A DNA stretch of 64,000 nucleotides from Candidatus Woesearchaeota archaeon (GTDB lineage Archaea > Nanobdellota > Nanobdellia > Woesearchaeales > GW2011-AR15). The stretch covers positions 52,292-116,291 of the forward strand of contig JAVZBY010000001.1 of assembly GCA_038874655.1 (NCBI GenBank). The letters are read 5' to 3'. Positions 20,018 to 30,107 of this stretch are shown in pieces. Both the position numbers and the translations under genes were made by a program. A model generated the notes under the pieces. It searched no databases, was not told the DNA's origin, and worked only from the letters and a program-made list of their open reading frames with translations. Position 1 is the stretch's first letter. Each line of letters opens with the position of its first letter.

Positions 20018-21409
20018 ATGTCAATAGAAGATATTATCCAAAACTTAATTAAGAGATATGATAAAACAAGAGTAGTTGAAACTCCAGAAGGGTTAAAAAA
20101 ACTTCATCCTGGAGATTGTGATTATGAAAGAGCAAGACCAAGAGAACCTGATGAAATGCCATTAATGAAATTAACAAGAAAACTTTTTTTTCCTAATGGT
20201 AATTATTCTGAACCTGATTTAAATGAAGAAAAAAAAAAAGCATTTATTCAATGGACTAGAAAAAGAAAAGAAAAGGCATCTGCTTTCTTATATATATTAA
20301 GACAATATCTAGGTTATAGATCTATAAACCTAGAATCTGAACCTATTACAACAGAATTAGATTTTTTAAATTTTTTAGCTAATAGATTAACTAAAGATAA
20401 CCTACCTAATAAAAAAGTAATAATTACTGCTGAGGATTATATTACAAAAAACAGTTCTAAAGATTTATTAAAGGAATGGCAAAGGTCTAGTAAAGGAAGT
20501 AAAACATCATATACTCATTTTGAAGGAATAAGAAGAGAAGCAGAAAATGTTCCTTATTTAATGCAGGTTTTTTACTCTCCAAAAATGCCACAAGATAATG
20601 CACCTTTTATGATTTTTACAAGGGTTAAACATAGTGATAGTGCAAATGAAAAATTAGCACAAAGATGGGCTGAAGAACTAGATTTATTAGATAGATTAAA
20701 ATTATTTTTTGAAGGTAAAGAAAAAGTGAGTGGTTATAAAGATTCTAAAGAATTAGCAGATGATTTTAAAAAAAAAAAAACAGAAAATCCTGCATATATA
20801 AGATATGTTAGATCAAAAGGAGAAGATCCTAATAACAAATCAAGATTAGATGAATTAAGAGAAGGTTTTATTTATGAAATAGAGGACTTGTTTGGCTTAA
20901 CAATTGTTTTATCTCAGAGATATGATCAAACTTTTGTAGATAATTTAATTAAAAATTATTTTGGTAATGATTCATTATTTGTTTTTGAAAAAGATTCTTT
21001 AGATTTACATGTTAATGATCCTAATAAACCAGATGAAGCACAATTTAGAGTTAAGATTAACAGACAAAAATTAGTTGAATTAGTAGGAGAAAATTATGCA
21101 GAACAAATTTATGTTCCAGATAGTTTTGAAATTCAAGTTATTAGTGCTTCGGATTTAATTATTAAGCAATTCTCTCCTTTTTTTGGAGAAAGAGCTTACA
21201 AAGAAAGAATGAAAAAAAAAAGAACTAAAGGAAATGCTTATAATTATTATCAAAGAATATTAACTTTTTTAAGAGATATTTCTCCTGGAGAATCTATTGG
21301 AAAAGAACAAGAGAGACATGTTCAACAAATTAGAACTAATTTAAGCAGAATTCCACAACAAACTGGATATGAGGGATTTAGAAAACTATTAGAAAATTTA
21401 TATAATTAA
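20018..21409 (+). CDS. Divergent RelA/SpoT-type synthetase (SAS-like) domain protein
   Basis: RVKHSDSANEK (RxKxxxSxxxK), EDLFGLTIV, FEIQV; ATG 20018 lies 5 nt after the upstream stop. Confidence 0.7.
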   Translation: MSIEDIIQNLIKRYDKTRVVETPEGLKKLHPGDCDYERARPREPDEMPLMKLTRKLFFPNGNYSEPDLNEEKKKAFIQWTRKRKEKASAFLYILRQYLGYRSINLESEPITTELDFLNFLANRLTKDNLPNKKVIITAEDYITKNSSKDLLKEWQRSSKGSKTSYTHFEGIRREAENVPYLMQVFYSPKMPQDNAPFMIFTRVKHSDSANEKLAQRWAEELDLLDRLKLFFEGKEKVSGYKDSKELADDFKKKKTENPAYIRYVRSKGEDPNNKSRLDELREGFIYEIEDLFGLTIVLSQRYDQTFVDNLIKNYFGNDSLFVFEKDSLDLHVNDPNKPDEAQFRVKINRQKLVELVGENYAEQIYVPDSFEIQVISASDLIIKQFSPFFGERAYKERMKKKRTKGNAYNYYQRILTFLRDISPGESIGKEQERHVQQIRTNLSRIPQQTGYEGFRKLLENLYN

Positions 21410-21428
21410 ACTAGATTTAATTTAATTT

Positions 21429-21881
21429 TTAAATTCTTCTTTCTTTCGGCACATAGTTAAACAATTTTTTATTAATTATTTTACCACAGCCAATGAAATT
21501 ATTATTGTTTTTTATTAAATAAAAACTATTCTTATAGTCTTGATTTAAATCAATATCCAACCCTTTAAGCCATTGTTCTGCTAATTCATTATTTAATTCT
21601 AAGATGTTTTTTTTTGCACTCTTTCCAATTATTTGAGAACCTTCAATACTCAATCTTAATTCATTATTATAAATTTCACCTAAATACAAGCCTAAAGAAT
21701 TAATTCTTAATTCCTTAATATCTATTTTTGAAAAGTCATTTGATATAATGAATATTTTATTTTTAGGATTAATTAAAAAGATATATTGATCTAAATCTGA
21801 AAGATTTGAATCAAATTGCTCTTTTATTTTATTTAATAATTCTTTTTTTTCTTTTGAGTTTAAGATTCTTAGATTTTGCAT
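21429..21881 (-). CDS. NIP7/RsmF-C-terminal PUA-like ribosome biogenesis protein
   Basis: GLYLGEI, RLSIEGSQIIG, WLKG.DI, IGCGK, NYVPKERR. Confidence 0.8.
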   Translation of the reverse strand: MQNLRILNSKEKKELLNKIKEQFDSNLSDLDQYIFLINPKNKIFIISNDFSKIDIKELRINSLGLYLGEIYNNELRLSIEGSQIIGKSAKKNILELNNELAEQWLKGLDIDLNQDYKNSFYLIKNNNNFIGCGKIINKKLFNYVPKERRI

Positions 21882-21933
21882 TTTTTATTAGAATAAAAAT
21901 AATTTTAAAAATTTGATTAATATTCTAAAATGA

Positions 21934-22860
21934 ATGTCTTTTTCACATTTAAATCCTTTAGATTTTAATTATTTAGATTATTATTCTTATTTAGAGAGAA
22001 ATAATATTCAATTTAAAGAGAGAGTTATAAAAAGTTTAGAAGAAGAATTAGGAGAAATATGTGAAGGAATGTGTATTGGTTGTGTAGGTAGTGATGCGAG
22101 AAATGAAAATTGGGGTTCAAAAATAGAATTGCTTTTTATAAATTTATGTGATGATGAATTGTCATTTGAGTTAATATTTAATTACATACTTAACTCAAAA
22201 ATAAAAGAATATTTGGCTGATGCAATAGAAGTAAAAAATAGAACAACAAATGATTTATTTAATTCTAGATTATTAATAAGAGGAAAAAAAGAAAGTGTTA
22301 TTTGGTCACCATATAGAACAATTGATTCTTTGTTTTTGTTTGGAGATTTTTCTGCATTAGAATTTATAAAAACTAGATTTTTAGAGTATGGATTATCCAA
22401 TAAAGAATTAATAGAAAGAATGAAAAAAAGAAGAAATTCACATAAAAAAATAAGTGAAACTGGGGAACAAAGATTTAAAGGAGAAAAATTAGAACATTAT
22501 AATATAAATGAAGGCTTTTGCATTTATGACCTTGATTCTCATTTATGGTCTTTTAAACAGGGGCCTTTGAGATATGTTCAATATGCTTTATCTTATAGAA
22601 TAATATCTTCCAAATTAAAAGATTTATTATATGAGCCAAATACTAAAAAAAGAATAGAATTTTTAAATTCTATTAGAATAATTAATAAAGATTATAAAGA
22701 TAGTTTAATTGATACTTATTTATTTTTTTTACATCAATATCATATATCGCAATATGAATTTTATGTTAATCAAAGAAAAAGAATAATGTTTAATCCTAAA
22801 TTAAGAAGAGAAATAGAAGAAAGATTAAATCAACTTAACAATTATATCACTAATATTTAA
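21934..22860 (+). CDS. Putative nucleotidyltransferase (GlnD/DUF294-like NT + helical substrate domain)
   Basis: CVGSDARNE..SKIELL (GS motif); SFKQGPLRYVQ resembles the DxK.G.LR motif. Confidence 0.55.
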   Translation: MSFSHLNPLDFNYLDYYSYLERNNIQFKERVIKSLEEELGEICEGMCIGCVGSDARNENWGSKIELLFINLCDDELSFELIFNYILNSKIKEYLADAIEVKNRTTNDLFNSRLLIRGKKESVIWSPYRTIDSLFLFGDFSALEFIKTRFLEYGLSNKELIERMKKRRNSHKKISETGEQRFKGEKLEHYNINEGFCIYDLDSHLWSFKQGPLRYVQYALSYRIISSKLKDLLYEPNTKKRIEFLNSIRIINKDYKDSLIDTYLFFLHQYHISQYEFYVNQRKRIMFNPKLRREIEERLNQLNNYITNI

Positions 22861-22877
22861 TGGTTAAAGATGTTTAT

Positions 22878-24641
22878 CTAAATCCCCCAGACTGGATTTT
22901 TTTCTCTCATTATTTCTGCTATTGTTTTTAGAACTTCTATTTCTCCTTGCGATAAATATTTAGATAATTTTTTCAATTGTTTAAAGTCATCTTCTGGAAT
23001 ATAACTATATAGAATATCGCCTTCATTTATTTGCCTGCCTATTGTAACATGTTCTAAAGACATTGCAACTTGTTTTCCTTTAGTAATGCTCTGTAAATGC
23101 TCTTTTTCATGCTGTATATCTTTTATTGTTGTTATAGGAATTCCATTTTTCATTAATTGCGTGCCTGTTTTTATTTTTCCTTCTAATATATCAACTCCGA
23201 CTATTGCAGGATTACTTTGTCTAAAAACATAGTTTGGCATTATTTGCAATTTACATGGTCTAATTAAATTATCTAATTCTTTTGCTTCTAATAATTTTGT
23301 CTGTGTTTCTTTCCATTGCTCATATTCTTCTAATATCTTATAGATAATGTTGCTTGTAATTATTTTTACTTTTTCTGTGCTAGAAACATCAAAATCTCTT
23401 TCAACATTAAAACCTAAAATTACTGATTCAAATGGATTTTTTTCATAATTTGCCTCTGCATCAATAATGTCTTTTTTTGTAATTTTACCAATAGATGCTT
23501 TTCTTACAGGAATATTTTTTTCTTTTAATAAAAACATTAATGCTTCTAATGAACCAAGTGTGTCTGCTTTTATTATTAATCCATGTTCATCTGTTTTTAT
23601 CATTACTTCTTGAACTTCTTTTTGTATATCTTTTATTATTTTTTCTTTTTCTGAATCATCTTTATAACTTTGTAATGGCATTCCTGCTATAACTTCATCT
23701 AAATCTGGAGCACTTATTTTAACGCCTGTAGCTGCTATTACAGAATCAACACTTTTAAATTGTGTCTTCTTATCTCTCATCTCTTTTAATGGAACAGGAC
23801 AAAGTAATGCTTTTATTCTTGTTTCTATTGGTTTTTCAATACTACCAATTATTATTTTATCATTTTTTTTTAATATACCATCATATAATATAACATCAAT
23901 TGTTTTTCCTAATCCCTGTGTTTCTTTTACTTCTAAAACAACTGCCTTTGCATTTCCTTGATTTAATTTTAAGTTTTTTTCTAAAAATTTTTGACTTAAT
24001 CCAATTAAGACCATTAATAATTCAGGGATTCCATCACCTGTTAATGCAGAAATAGGGATAATTGCTATTTGTTTTGTATAATCTTCAACTCTATCAAATC
24101 TCTCTGAGTTTAACCCCATTTCTGAAAGTTTTCCAACTATTTCATAAATTTTTGTTTCTAATTTTTCAATAACATAAGGATCTTGGTTGTTAAGATTTTT
24201 TATTAAATTTTTATCTAATTGCCTATATCCTGGAATTAAATCAATTTTATTTGCTGCAATTACAAAAGGTGTTTTAAAACTCTTTAGAATTTCAATACTT
24301 TCTATTGTTTGTGGCATTAAACCTTCATTTATATCAATAACTAGGATTGCAATATCTGCTATTGAGCCACCTCTTTTTCTTAATGTTGTAAAAGCAGCAT
24401 GACCTGGAGTATCAATAAATAATAAGCCTGGAATATTAAATTTAATTTTTTCATTTAATAAGGAACCACATATCTTTTTGATGGTATCTAAAGGAATTAT
24501 GGATGCTCCAATTGCTTGTGTGATTCCACCTGCTTCACTTGTTTGGATAGCTGTTCCTCTGATTTTATCTAATAATTTTGTTTTTCCATGATCTACATGT
24601 CCTAATGTAGAAATTACAATCTGTCTTAATGGACATTCCAT
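22878..24641 (-). CDS. infB: Translation initiation factor aIF5B (IF-2)
   Basis: GHVDHGKT, EAGGITQ, DTPGH, NKID, KADTLGSLEAL. Confidence 0.98.
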   Translation of the reverse strand: MECPLRQIVISTLGHVDHGKTKLLDKIRGTAIQTSEAGGITQAIGASIIPLDTIKKICGSLLNEKIKFNIPGLLFIDTPGHAAFTTLRKRGGSIADIAILVIDINEGLMPQTIESIEILKSFKTPFVIAANKIDLIPGYRQLDKNLIKNLNNQDPYVIEKLETKIYEIVGKLSEMGLNSERFDRVEDYTKQIAIIPISALTGDGIPELLMVLIGLSQKFLEKNLKLNQGNAKAVVLEVKETQGLGKTIDVILYDGILKKNDKIIIGSIEKPIETRIKALLCPVPLKEMRDKKTQFKSVDSVIAATGVKISAPDLDEVIAGMPLQSYKDDSEKEKIIKDIQKEVQEVMIKTDEHGLIIKADTLGSLEALMFLLKEKNIPVRKASIGKITKKDIIDAEANYEKNPFESVILGFNVERDFDVSSTEKVKIITSNIIYKILEEYEQWKETQTKLLEAKELDNLIRPCKLQIMPNYVFRQSNPAIVGVDILEGKIKTGTQLMKNGIPITTIKDIQHEKEHLQSITKGKQVAMSLEHVTIGRQINEGDILYSYIPEDDFKQLKKLSKYLSQGEIEVLKTIAEIMREKNPVWGI

Positions 24642-24756
24642 AATAAAAAGGAGTTTTAATATGTTTTTAAAGATGTATATTTTCTTATAAGATATCTTTA
24701 TAAATTTTCAAGATTTTTGATAATTAAAATAAAAACTTAAGTTAAAAGGTGATAAA

Positions 24757-25236
24757 ATGGCAATAATAGGATTTCATTTTACAAAAATGAGTGTAGAAAG
24801 AAAAAAACAACCTAGCGGAAAAATAAATGTAAAAAATAATGTTATTTTAACTGATATTAAAGAAGCTAATGTTATCAGCAATGTTAAGCAAAAAGCAATT
24901 GAATTTAAGTTTGCATATAATACTATTTATGAACCAGAGATAGCTTCTCTTTCATTAGAAGGTGCATTAGTTTTTGTCGGAAATGATGAATTAGTTAATA
25001 AAGCATTGGAAACATGGAATAAAGAAAAAAAATTAGTTGAAGAAATAATCCCTGAAGTTTATAATTATTTGTTAGAAAAATGCAGTATTGAAGCATTGAT
25101 TTTAGCAAAAGAAATGAATTTGCCGCCTCATGTGCCATTGCCTAAAGTTAGTTCAGAAAAACAAAGTGAAGAAGTAAAAGAAGATAGCGAAAATAAAGAA
25201 AAAAAAGAAGATAAAGAAACTAAAAAGAAGAAATAA
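24757..25236 (+). CDS. Hypothetical archaeal protein (possible SecB-like fold)
   Basis: AGGTGAT SD; beta-rich N half followed by helix and LPPHVPLP. Confidence 0.7.
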   Translation: MAIIGFHFTKMSVERKKQPSGKINVKNNVILTDIKEANVISNVKQKAIEFKFAYNTIYEPEIASLSLEGALVFVGNDELVNKALETWNKEKKLVEEIIPEVYNYLLEKCSIEALILAKEMNLPPHVPLPKVSSEKQSEEVKEDSENKEKKEDKETKKKK

Positions 25237-26464
25237 ATTTTAAAAAAGGGATTATTTTTATTTTTTTATTATTAATTTTTTCTTCTGATTCTTGATCAAA
25301 AGTTATTATTAAAGATTGATTTAAATTAAATTTTTCCATTGCTTCTAATAAGCCATTAAATTCTCTTTTTTTATTTGTTTCTGTTATTCCAAAGGTTACT
25401 TGTATTGCCTCTTTTATTAAATTTGATTCTTTAATTAAAAAATCAACCTCGTTTTTTTCTGAAAAATAATAAAATTCTTTGCTTCTTCTTTTTAATTCAA
25501 TGGCAATTAAATTTTCTAATAGCTTTCCTTTATCTTCATTAAATAACATTAAATTAGAAAAACCATTGTCAATCAAATAAATTTTTTTTGGATTAAAAAT
25601 TCGCTTTTTTAAAGATATTGAATATTTTTCTGAACTAATTATAAAAAAAGATTCAGAAAGCTCATATAAAAATTTAGATATTGTTTTTTTGCTTATGCTT
25701 ATTGAATTTGATTTTAAAAAATTTGTAAATTTGCTTATTGAAAAATATTTACTAAAATTAGATAATAAATAATTCATAAGAATCAATAAATTTTCTGGTT
25801 GTTCTATTTTATATCTTTCTGATAAATCTTTATAAAAAATTGTTTCATAATAGCTTTTTAAAAGGTCTTTTTTTTCTTGTTCTTTTTCTTTTTTTATGAC
25901 TTCAGGAAAGCCACCAAATTTTAAGTATTCATTTATTAAATTATTTAATATGCCTTTTTTTAAGTAAATTAAATCTTTAGTTAAAGTTACATTTTTTAAT
26001 TTTAAGAATTCATTAAATGAAAAAGGCAAAATTATTTTTGAAATATATCTGCCTCTTAATTCTGTTGCAATCTCCTTAGAAAGCAGTTTAGATGATGAGC
26101 CAGAGATAATTATTTTAAAACCATTATTATGTAATGTTCTAATAATTTTCTGCCAATTTTTTAAGGATTGAATTTCATCTAGAAAAAGAAATTTAGGATT
26201 ATTATTAAAAAGCTCTTGATATGCTTCTAATATTAAATCAAAGTTATTTAAATTTATTAACCTATAGTCTTCAAAATCTAAAAATAAAACTTGATTAAAA
26301 TTTAATTTTTGTATCATCTCAAACATACAAAAGGTTTTTCCTGCTCTTCTAGGACCTATTAAGGCTGTAATATCTGTTTCACTAAAATCTATATTTCTAT
26401 TAACTAAGGAAACTTTTGCTCTTTCTAAATTCTCTAAAATAAGTTTCTTATAAACTTCTTTCAT
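25220..26464 (-). CDS. AAA+ ATPase (AAA_14) with DUF4143 domain
   Basis: GPRRAGKT, FLDEIQ, SGSSS, LRGR, GGFPE, KIYLIDNG, EVDF. Confidence 0.92.
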   Translation of the reverse strand: MKEVYKKLILENLERAKVSLVNRNIDFSETDITALIGPRRAGKTFCMFEMIQKLNFNQVLFLDFEDYRLINLNNFDLILEAYQELFNNNPKFLFLDEIQSLKNWQKIIRTLHNNGFKIIISGSSSKLLSKEIATELRGRYISKIILPFSFNEFLKLKNVTLTKDLIYLKKGILNNLINEYLKFGGFPEVIKKEKEQEKKDLLKSYYETIFYKDLSERYKIEQPENLLILMNYLLSNFSKYFSISKFTNFLKSNSISISKKTISKFLYELSESFFIISSEKYSISLKKRIFNPKKIYLIDNGFSNLMLFNEDKGKLLENLIAIELKRRSKEFYYFSEKNEVDFLIKESNLIKEAIQVTFGITETNKKREFNGLLEAMEKFNLNQSLIITFDQESEEKINNKKIKIIPFLKFISSF

Positions 26465-26673
26465 ATCTTTTAAAAAAGTAAAAGAAATATTTAAATGTTT
26501 CTTTTAGGAAACAATTTTAATAATTATTGTTTCCTGTGAAAAACAGATTTTATATAAAAAAAGTATTTTTGCATAAAATTTTATCGATTTATAAAGAAAA
26601 AATAGATTAAAAAAAGTAAGGAAATTGAAGAAACTAAAAAAAGAGAAAAAATAAATAAAATAATCTTTTTTTA

Positions 26674-27201
26674 TTAACTTAATTCCTTTCTTGTTTTTGC
26701 CATATACCCTAAAAAGTCAGAAACTCCTTTAAAAATAGCACCTAACGGTTCTTCTACTGCTGTTTTTACGAATGTTGTTCCATATGTTGCTAATGTTGTT
26801 GCTAAGCCAGCTTTTCCAATTTCTTGTAGATAAGATTTAAGCATTTCTTTATATTCGGTTATTTGTAAAGGATCTCCTTGTAAAAAAGAATATGTTAAAC
26901 CTCCAATCGTTCCTGCTAACCCTGCTGAAAAAATATTTTCTATAATTGCACTTACTAAATTTTTACCATTAGACATATTTTTCCAATTTTCTTTAATATC
27001 TCTATAAAGATTAGGTAGGAAATAACTAACACTTGAAACAACACCTACTTCAGCTGGAGAAACAGTATTTCCTGTGATTGCTGAATAAACTAAATAACCT
27101 AAAATTGCACCAATAGAACCTGTTAAATTTGGTTTAGATTCTGCCATCATATCTTTTTTCATATCTAAAAAATAGTTTTGAACTTTACTAATTAAAGACA
27201 T
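26674..27201 (-). CDS. Hypothetical membrane-associated protein with Gly/Ala-rich helices
   Basis: GSIGAILG, AGLAGTIGG small-residue motifs; AGGTGAG SD. Confidence 0.7.
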   Translation of the reverse strand: MSLISKVQNYFLDMKKDMMAESKPNLTGSIGAILGYLVYSAITGNTVSPAEVGVVSSVSYFLPNLYRDIKENWKNMSNGKNLVSAIIENIFSAGLAGTIGGLTYSFLQGDPLQITEYKEMLKSYLQEIGKAGLATTLATYGTTFVKTAVEEPLGAIFKGVSDFLGYMAKTRKELS

Positions 27202-27410
27202 ATTTTCTCACCTTTTAGTCTATTAGATTTAAAATATTATTGCCTATTAAGCATATTATAATAAGCGATATTTTAATATAATTATAAATCTTTTGTTATT
27301 TAACTACTAAAAAATAAAAAAATAATTGTTTCACCGATACCTTTATTTATACCCTATTTTTTATTTTATTCATAGGTTTTAATGTTAGATAAATTTTTGT
27401 AGGTGGGATT

Positions 27411-30017
27411 ATGTCTGAAATTAAATTAAAGGTTGCAGAAGCTATACAAGATGATGTTAACAAAGGTATTGTTAGAATAGATTCTAGTTTTATGCATGAT
27501 TTAGGAATAAGACCTGGAGATATTGTCGAAATAACAGGTGAAAGAAAAACTGTTGCTATTGCAGATAGAGCTTATCCTGGTGATATTGGATTAAATATTA
27601 TAAGAATGGATGGTCTAATTAGAAGAAATGCTAAAGCTACAATTGGTGAAATGGTAAGTGTGAAAAAAGCCAATGTTGTCGAAGCTAAAAAGGTAATTAT
27701 AGCGCCACAAAAAAAAGGAATTGTAGTAAGAGCAAGTCCTTTAATATTTAAACAAGGGTTATTAGGAAGAGCTGTTTTAAAAGGAGATATTGTTTCTTTA
27801 GGTGGCACAAGAAGAAGAAGAACAACAATGTCTTCTAATCCGTTATTTGGAGATGATTTTTTTAATATGCTAGATGAAAGTTTAATGGGTTTTGGTTTAG
27901 GTGATTTAAAGTTTGTTGTTGTAGATACTTTGCCTAAACAAGCTGTTTTGATAACTGAAAATACAGAAGTACAATTTAATCCTGAAGCAGTTGAAGTTTC
28001 TGAAGAAAGAATGTTAGAAGTTACTTATGAAGATATTGGCGGCTTAGATGAAGAAGTTAAAAAAATAAGAGAAATGGTAGAATTGCCATTAAAGCATCCA
28101 GAGTTGTTTGAAGCTTTAGGAATTGAGCCGCCAAAAGGTGTTTTATTACATGGGCCACCAGGAACAGGAAAAACATTATTGGCTAAAGCTGTTGCTAATG
28201 AAACAGCAGCTAATTTTTTCTTGATAAATGGGCCAGAAATAATGAGCAAATACTATGGTGAGTCAGAGCAAAACTTAAGAAAAAAGTTTGAGGAAGCAGA
28301 AAAAAACGCACCTTCAATAATTTTTATTGATGAAATTGATGCTATTGCTTCAAAAAGAGAAGAATCAAAAGGCGAAGTTGAAAGAAGAGTTGTTGCTCAA
28401 TTATTAGCTTTAATGGATGGGTTAAAATCTAGAGGAAAGGTTGTAGTTATTGGTGCTACAAATATTCCAAATGAATTAGACCCTGCTTTGAGAAGACCTG
28501 GAAGATTTGATAGAGAATTAGAAATTGGTGTTCCGGATAAACAAGGTAGATTAAATATATTAAAGATACATACTAGAAATATGCCTTTAATATCTGAAGA
28601 AATTTATGAAGATCTATTGCAAAAAAAATTATTACAAGCTATTGGAAAAAAGTATGATGAACTTCATAATGAAGTTAAACACAAAGAAAATAAAGATAAA
28701 AAAGAATTAGAAGAAAAATTACAAAAATTAAAGCAAATTAAAGATTTGGGTGAGATTACAAGTATAATAAAAAAGAGTTTTGAAAATAAAGATTTATTTA
28801 CTGGAGATTATAAAAAATTAATTTTAGAAAACGCAGGTAAAGAAAAGAAGAATATTGAATTATTATTAGATTTGGATATTATTAATGAACAATTGAAAAA
28901 TGAAGTTATAAAAGAAGGTGTACAAAGAGATTTAGAAGATATTGCTGAAATAACTCATGGTTTTGTTGGTGCAGATTTAGCCGCTTTAGCAAAAGAAGCT
29001 GCTATGAATTTATTGCGAAGTATTTACCCTGATTTAAAATTAGAAGAAGATCAACCTATACCTAAAGAAGTCTTGGAAAAATTAAAAGTTTCTAAAAAAT
29101 ATTTCATTGAAGCATTAAAAGTTGTTAGACCTAGTGCACTAAGAGAAGTATTGATTGAAGTTCCAAATGTAAAATGGGAAAATGTTGGTGGCCTAGAAGA
29201 TGTTAAACAAAAGTTAAAAGAAGCTGTGGAATGGCCTTTAAACAATGCTAGTGTTTTTGCTAGAATGGGAATAAGACCTCCTAAAGGAATTTTATTGTAT
29301 GGGCCACCGGGAACAGGAAAAACATTATTGGCTAAAGCTGTTGCTAATGAAAGTAAAGCTAATTTTATTTTAGTAAAAGGGCCTGAGTTAATGAATAAAT
29401 GGGTAGGTGAATCTGAAAAAGCTGTAAGAAAAGTTTTTGAAAAAGCTAGACAGGCAAGTCCTGCTATAATATTCTTTGATGAGATTGATGCATTAGCTCC
29501 TAGAAGAGGATTTGATGCTTCAGAAGGCCATGTTTCAGATAAAGTTGTTAACCAATTACTAACTGAATTAGATGGGATGGTAGAATTACATAATATAGTT
29601 GTTATTGGTGCTACAAATAGACCAGACATTTTGGATACTGCTTTATTAAGGCCTGGTAGGTTTGATAGAATTTTATTAGTGCCTCCACCAGATGAAAAAG
29701 GTAGATTAGAGATTTTAAAAATACATACAAAGGGAATGCCTTTAGCTAAAGATGTGAATTTAGAAGAATTAGCTAAAAAATTAGAGGGTTATGTTGGAGC
29801 TGATATAGAAGCAATATGTAGAGAGGCTGCAATGATAGCTTTAAGAGAGAATATAAAAGCAGATAAAATTTATTTGAAACATTTTGAAGAAGCAATTAAA
29901 GAAGTTTCACCATCAGTTTCAAAAGAAGTTGAAGAAGCATATAGAGAATTACAAAATCAGTTTAGAGCAGCAAGAGGAAAAGAGATGAAAGAAACTAAAC
30001 CTGCTTATTACGGTTAA
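27411..30017 (+). CDS. cdc48: CDC48/VAT AAA+ ATPase with a helical insertion in the D1 lid
   Basis: N-domain, two GPPGTGKT Walker A, IFIDE/IFFDE, RPGRFDR; C-terminal YYG. Confidence 0.97.
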   Translation: MSEIKLKVAEAIQDDVNKGIVRIDSSFMHDLGIRPGDIVEITGERKTVAIADRAYPGDIGLNIIRMDGLIRRNAKATIGEMVSVKKANVVEAKKVIIAPQKKGIVVRASPLIFKQGLLGRAVLKGDIVSLGGTRRRRTTMSSNPLFGDDFFNMLDESLMGFGLGDLKFVVVDTLPKQAVLITENTEVQFNPEAVEVSEERMLEVTYEDIGGLDEEVKKIREMVELPLKHPELFEALGIEPPKGVLLHGPPGTGKTLLAKAVANETAANFFLINGPEIMSKYYGESEQNLRKKFEEAEKNAPSIIFIDEIDAIASKREESKGEVERRVVAQLLALMDGLKSRGKVVVIGATNIPNELDPALRRPGRFDRELEIGVPDKQGRLNILKIHTRNMPLISEEIYEDLLQKKLLQAIGKKYDELHNEVKHKENKDKKELEEKLQKLKQIKDLGEITSIIKKSFENKDLFTGDYKKLILENAGKEKKNIELLLDLDIINEQLKNEVIKEGVQRDLEDIAEITHGFVGADLAALAKEAAMNLLRSIYPDLKLEEDQPIPKEVLEKLKVSKKYFIEALKVVRPSALREVLIEVPNVKWENVGGLEDVKQKLKEAVEWPLNNASVFARMGIRPPKGILLYGPPGTGKTLLAKAVANESKANFILVKGPELMNKWVGESEKAVRKVFEKARQASPAIIFFDEIDALAPRRGFDASEGHVSDKVVNQLLTELDGMVELHNIVVIGATNRPDILDTALLRPGRFDRILLVPPPDEKGRLEILKIHTKGMPLAKDVNLEELAKKLEGYVGADIEAICREAAMIALRENIKADKIYLKHFEEAIKEVSPSVSKEVEEAYRELQNQFRAARGKEMKETKPAYYG

Positions 30018-30107
30018 TAAAATAAAGATTAATAAAAATTCTTTTTTTAATATTTTTTGGCGTTTTATTAACAATCTTTAAAAGTATTTGTTTTTTTCAT
30101 TTAAAAT

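Noticed and set aside
28590-28928. Intein in CDC48
   Set aside because: No N-terminal Cys/Ser block, no His-Asn terminus, no LAGLIDADG motif.
29051-29629. 192-aa antisense ORF in cdc48 and similar short antisense/overlapping ORFs (e.g. 901, 4824, 14455, 24187, 27572, 28025, 45147, 55625)
   Set aside because: Shadow ORFs of well-supported genes, with low-complexity F/L/I/S composition and no motifs.
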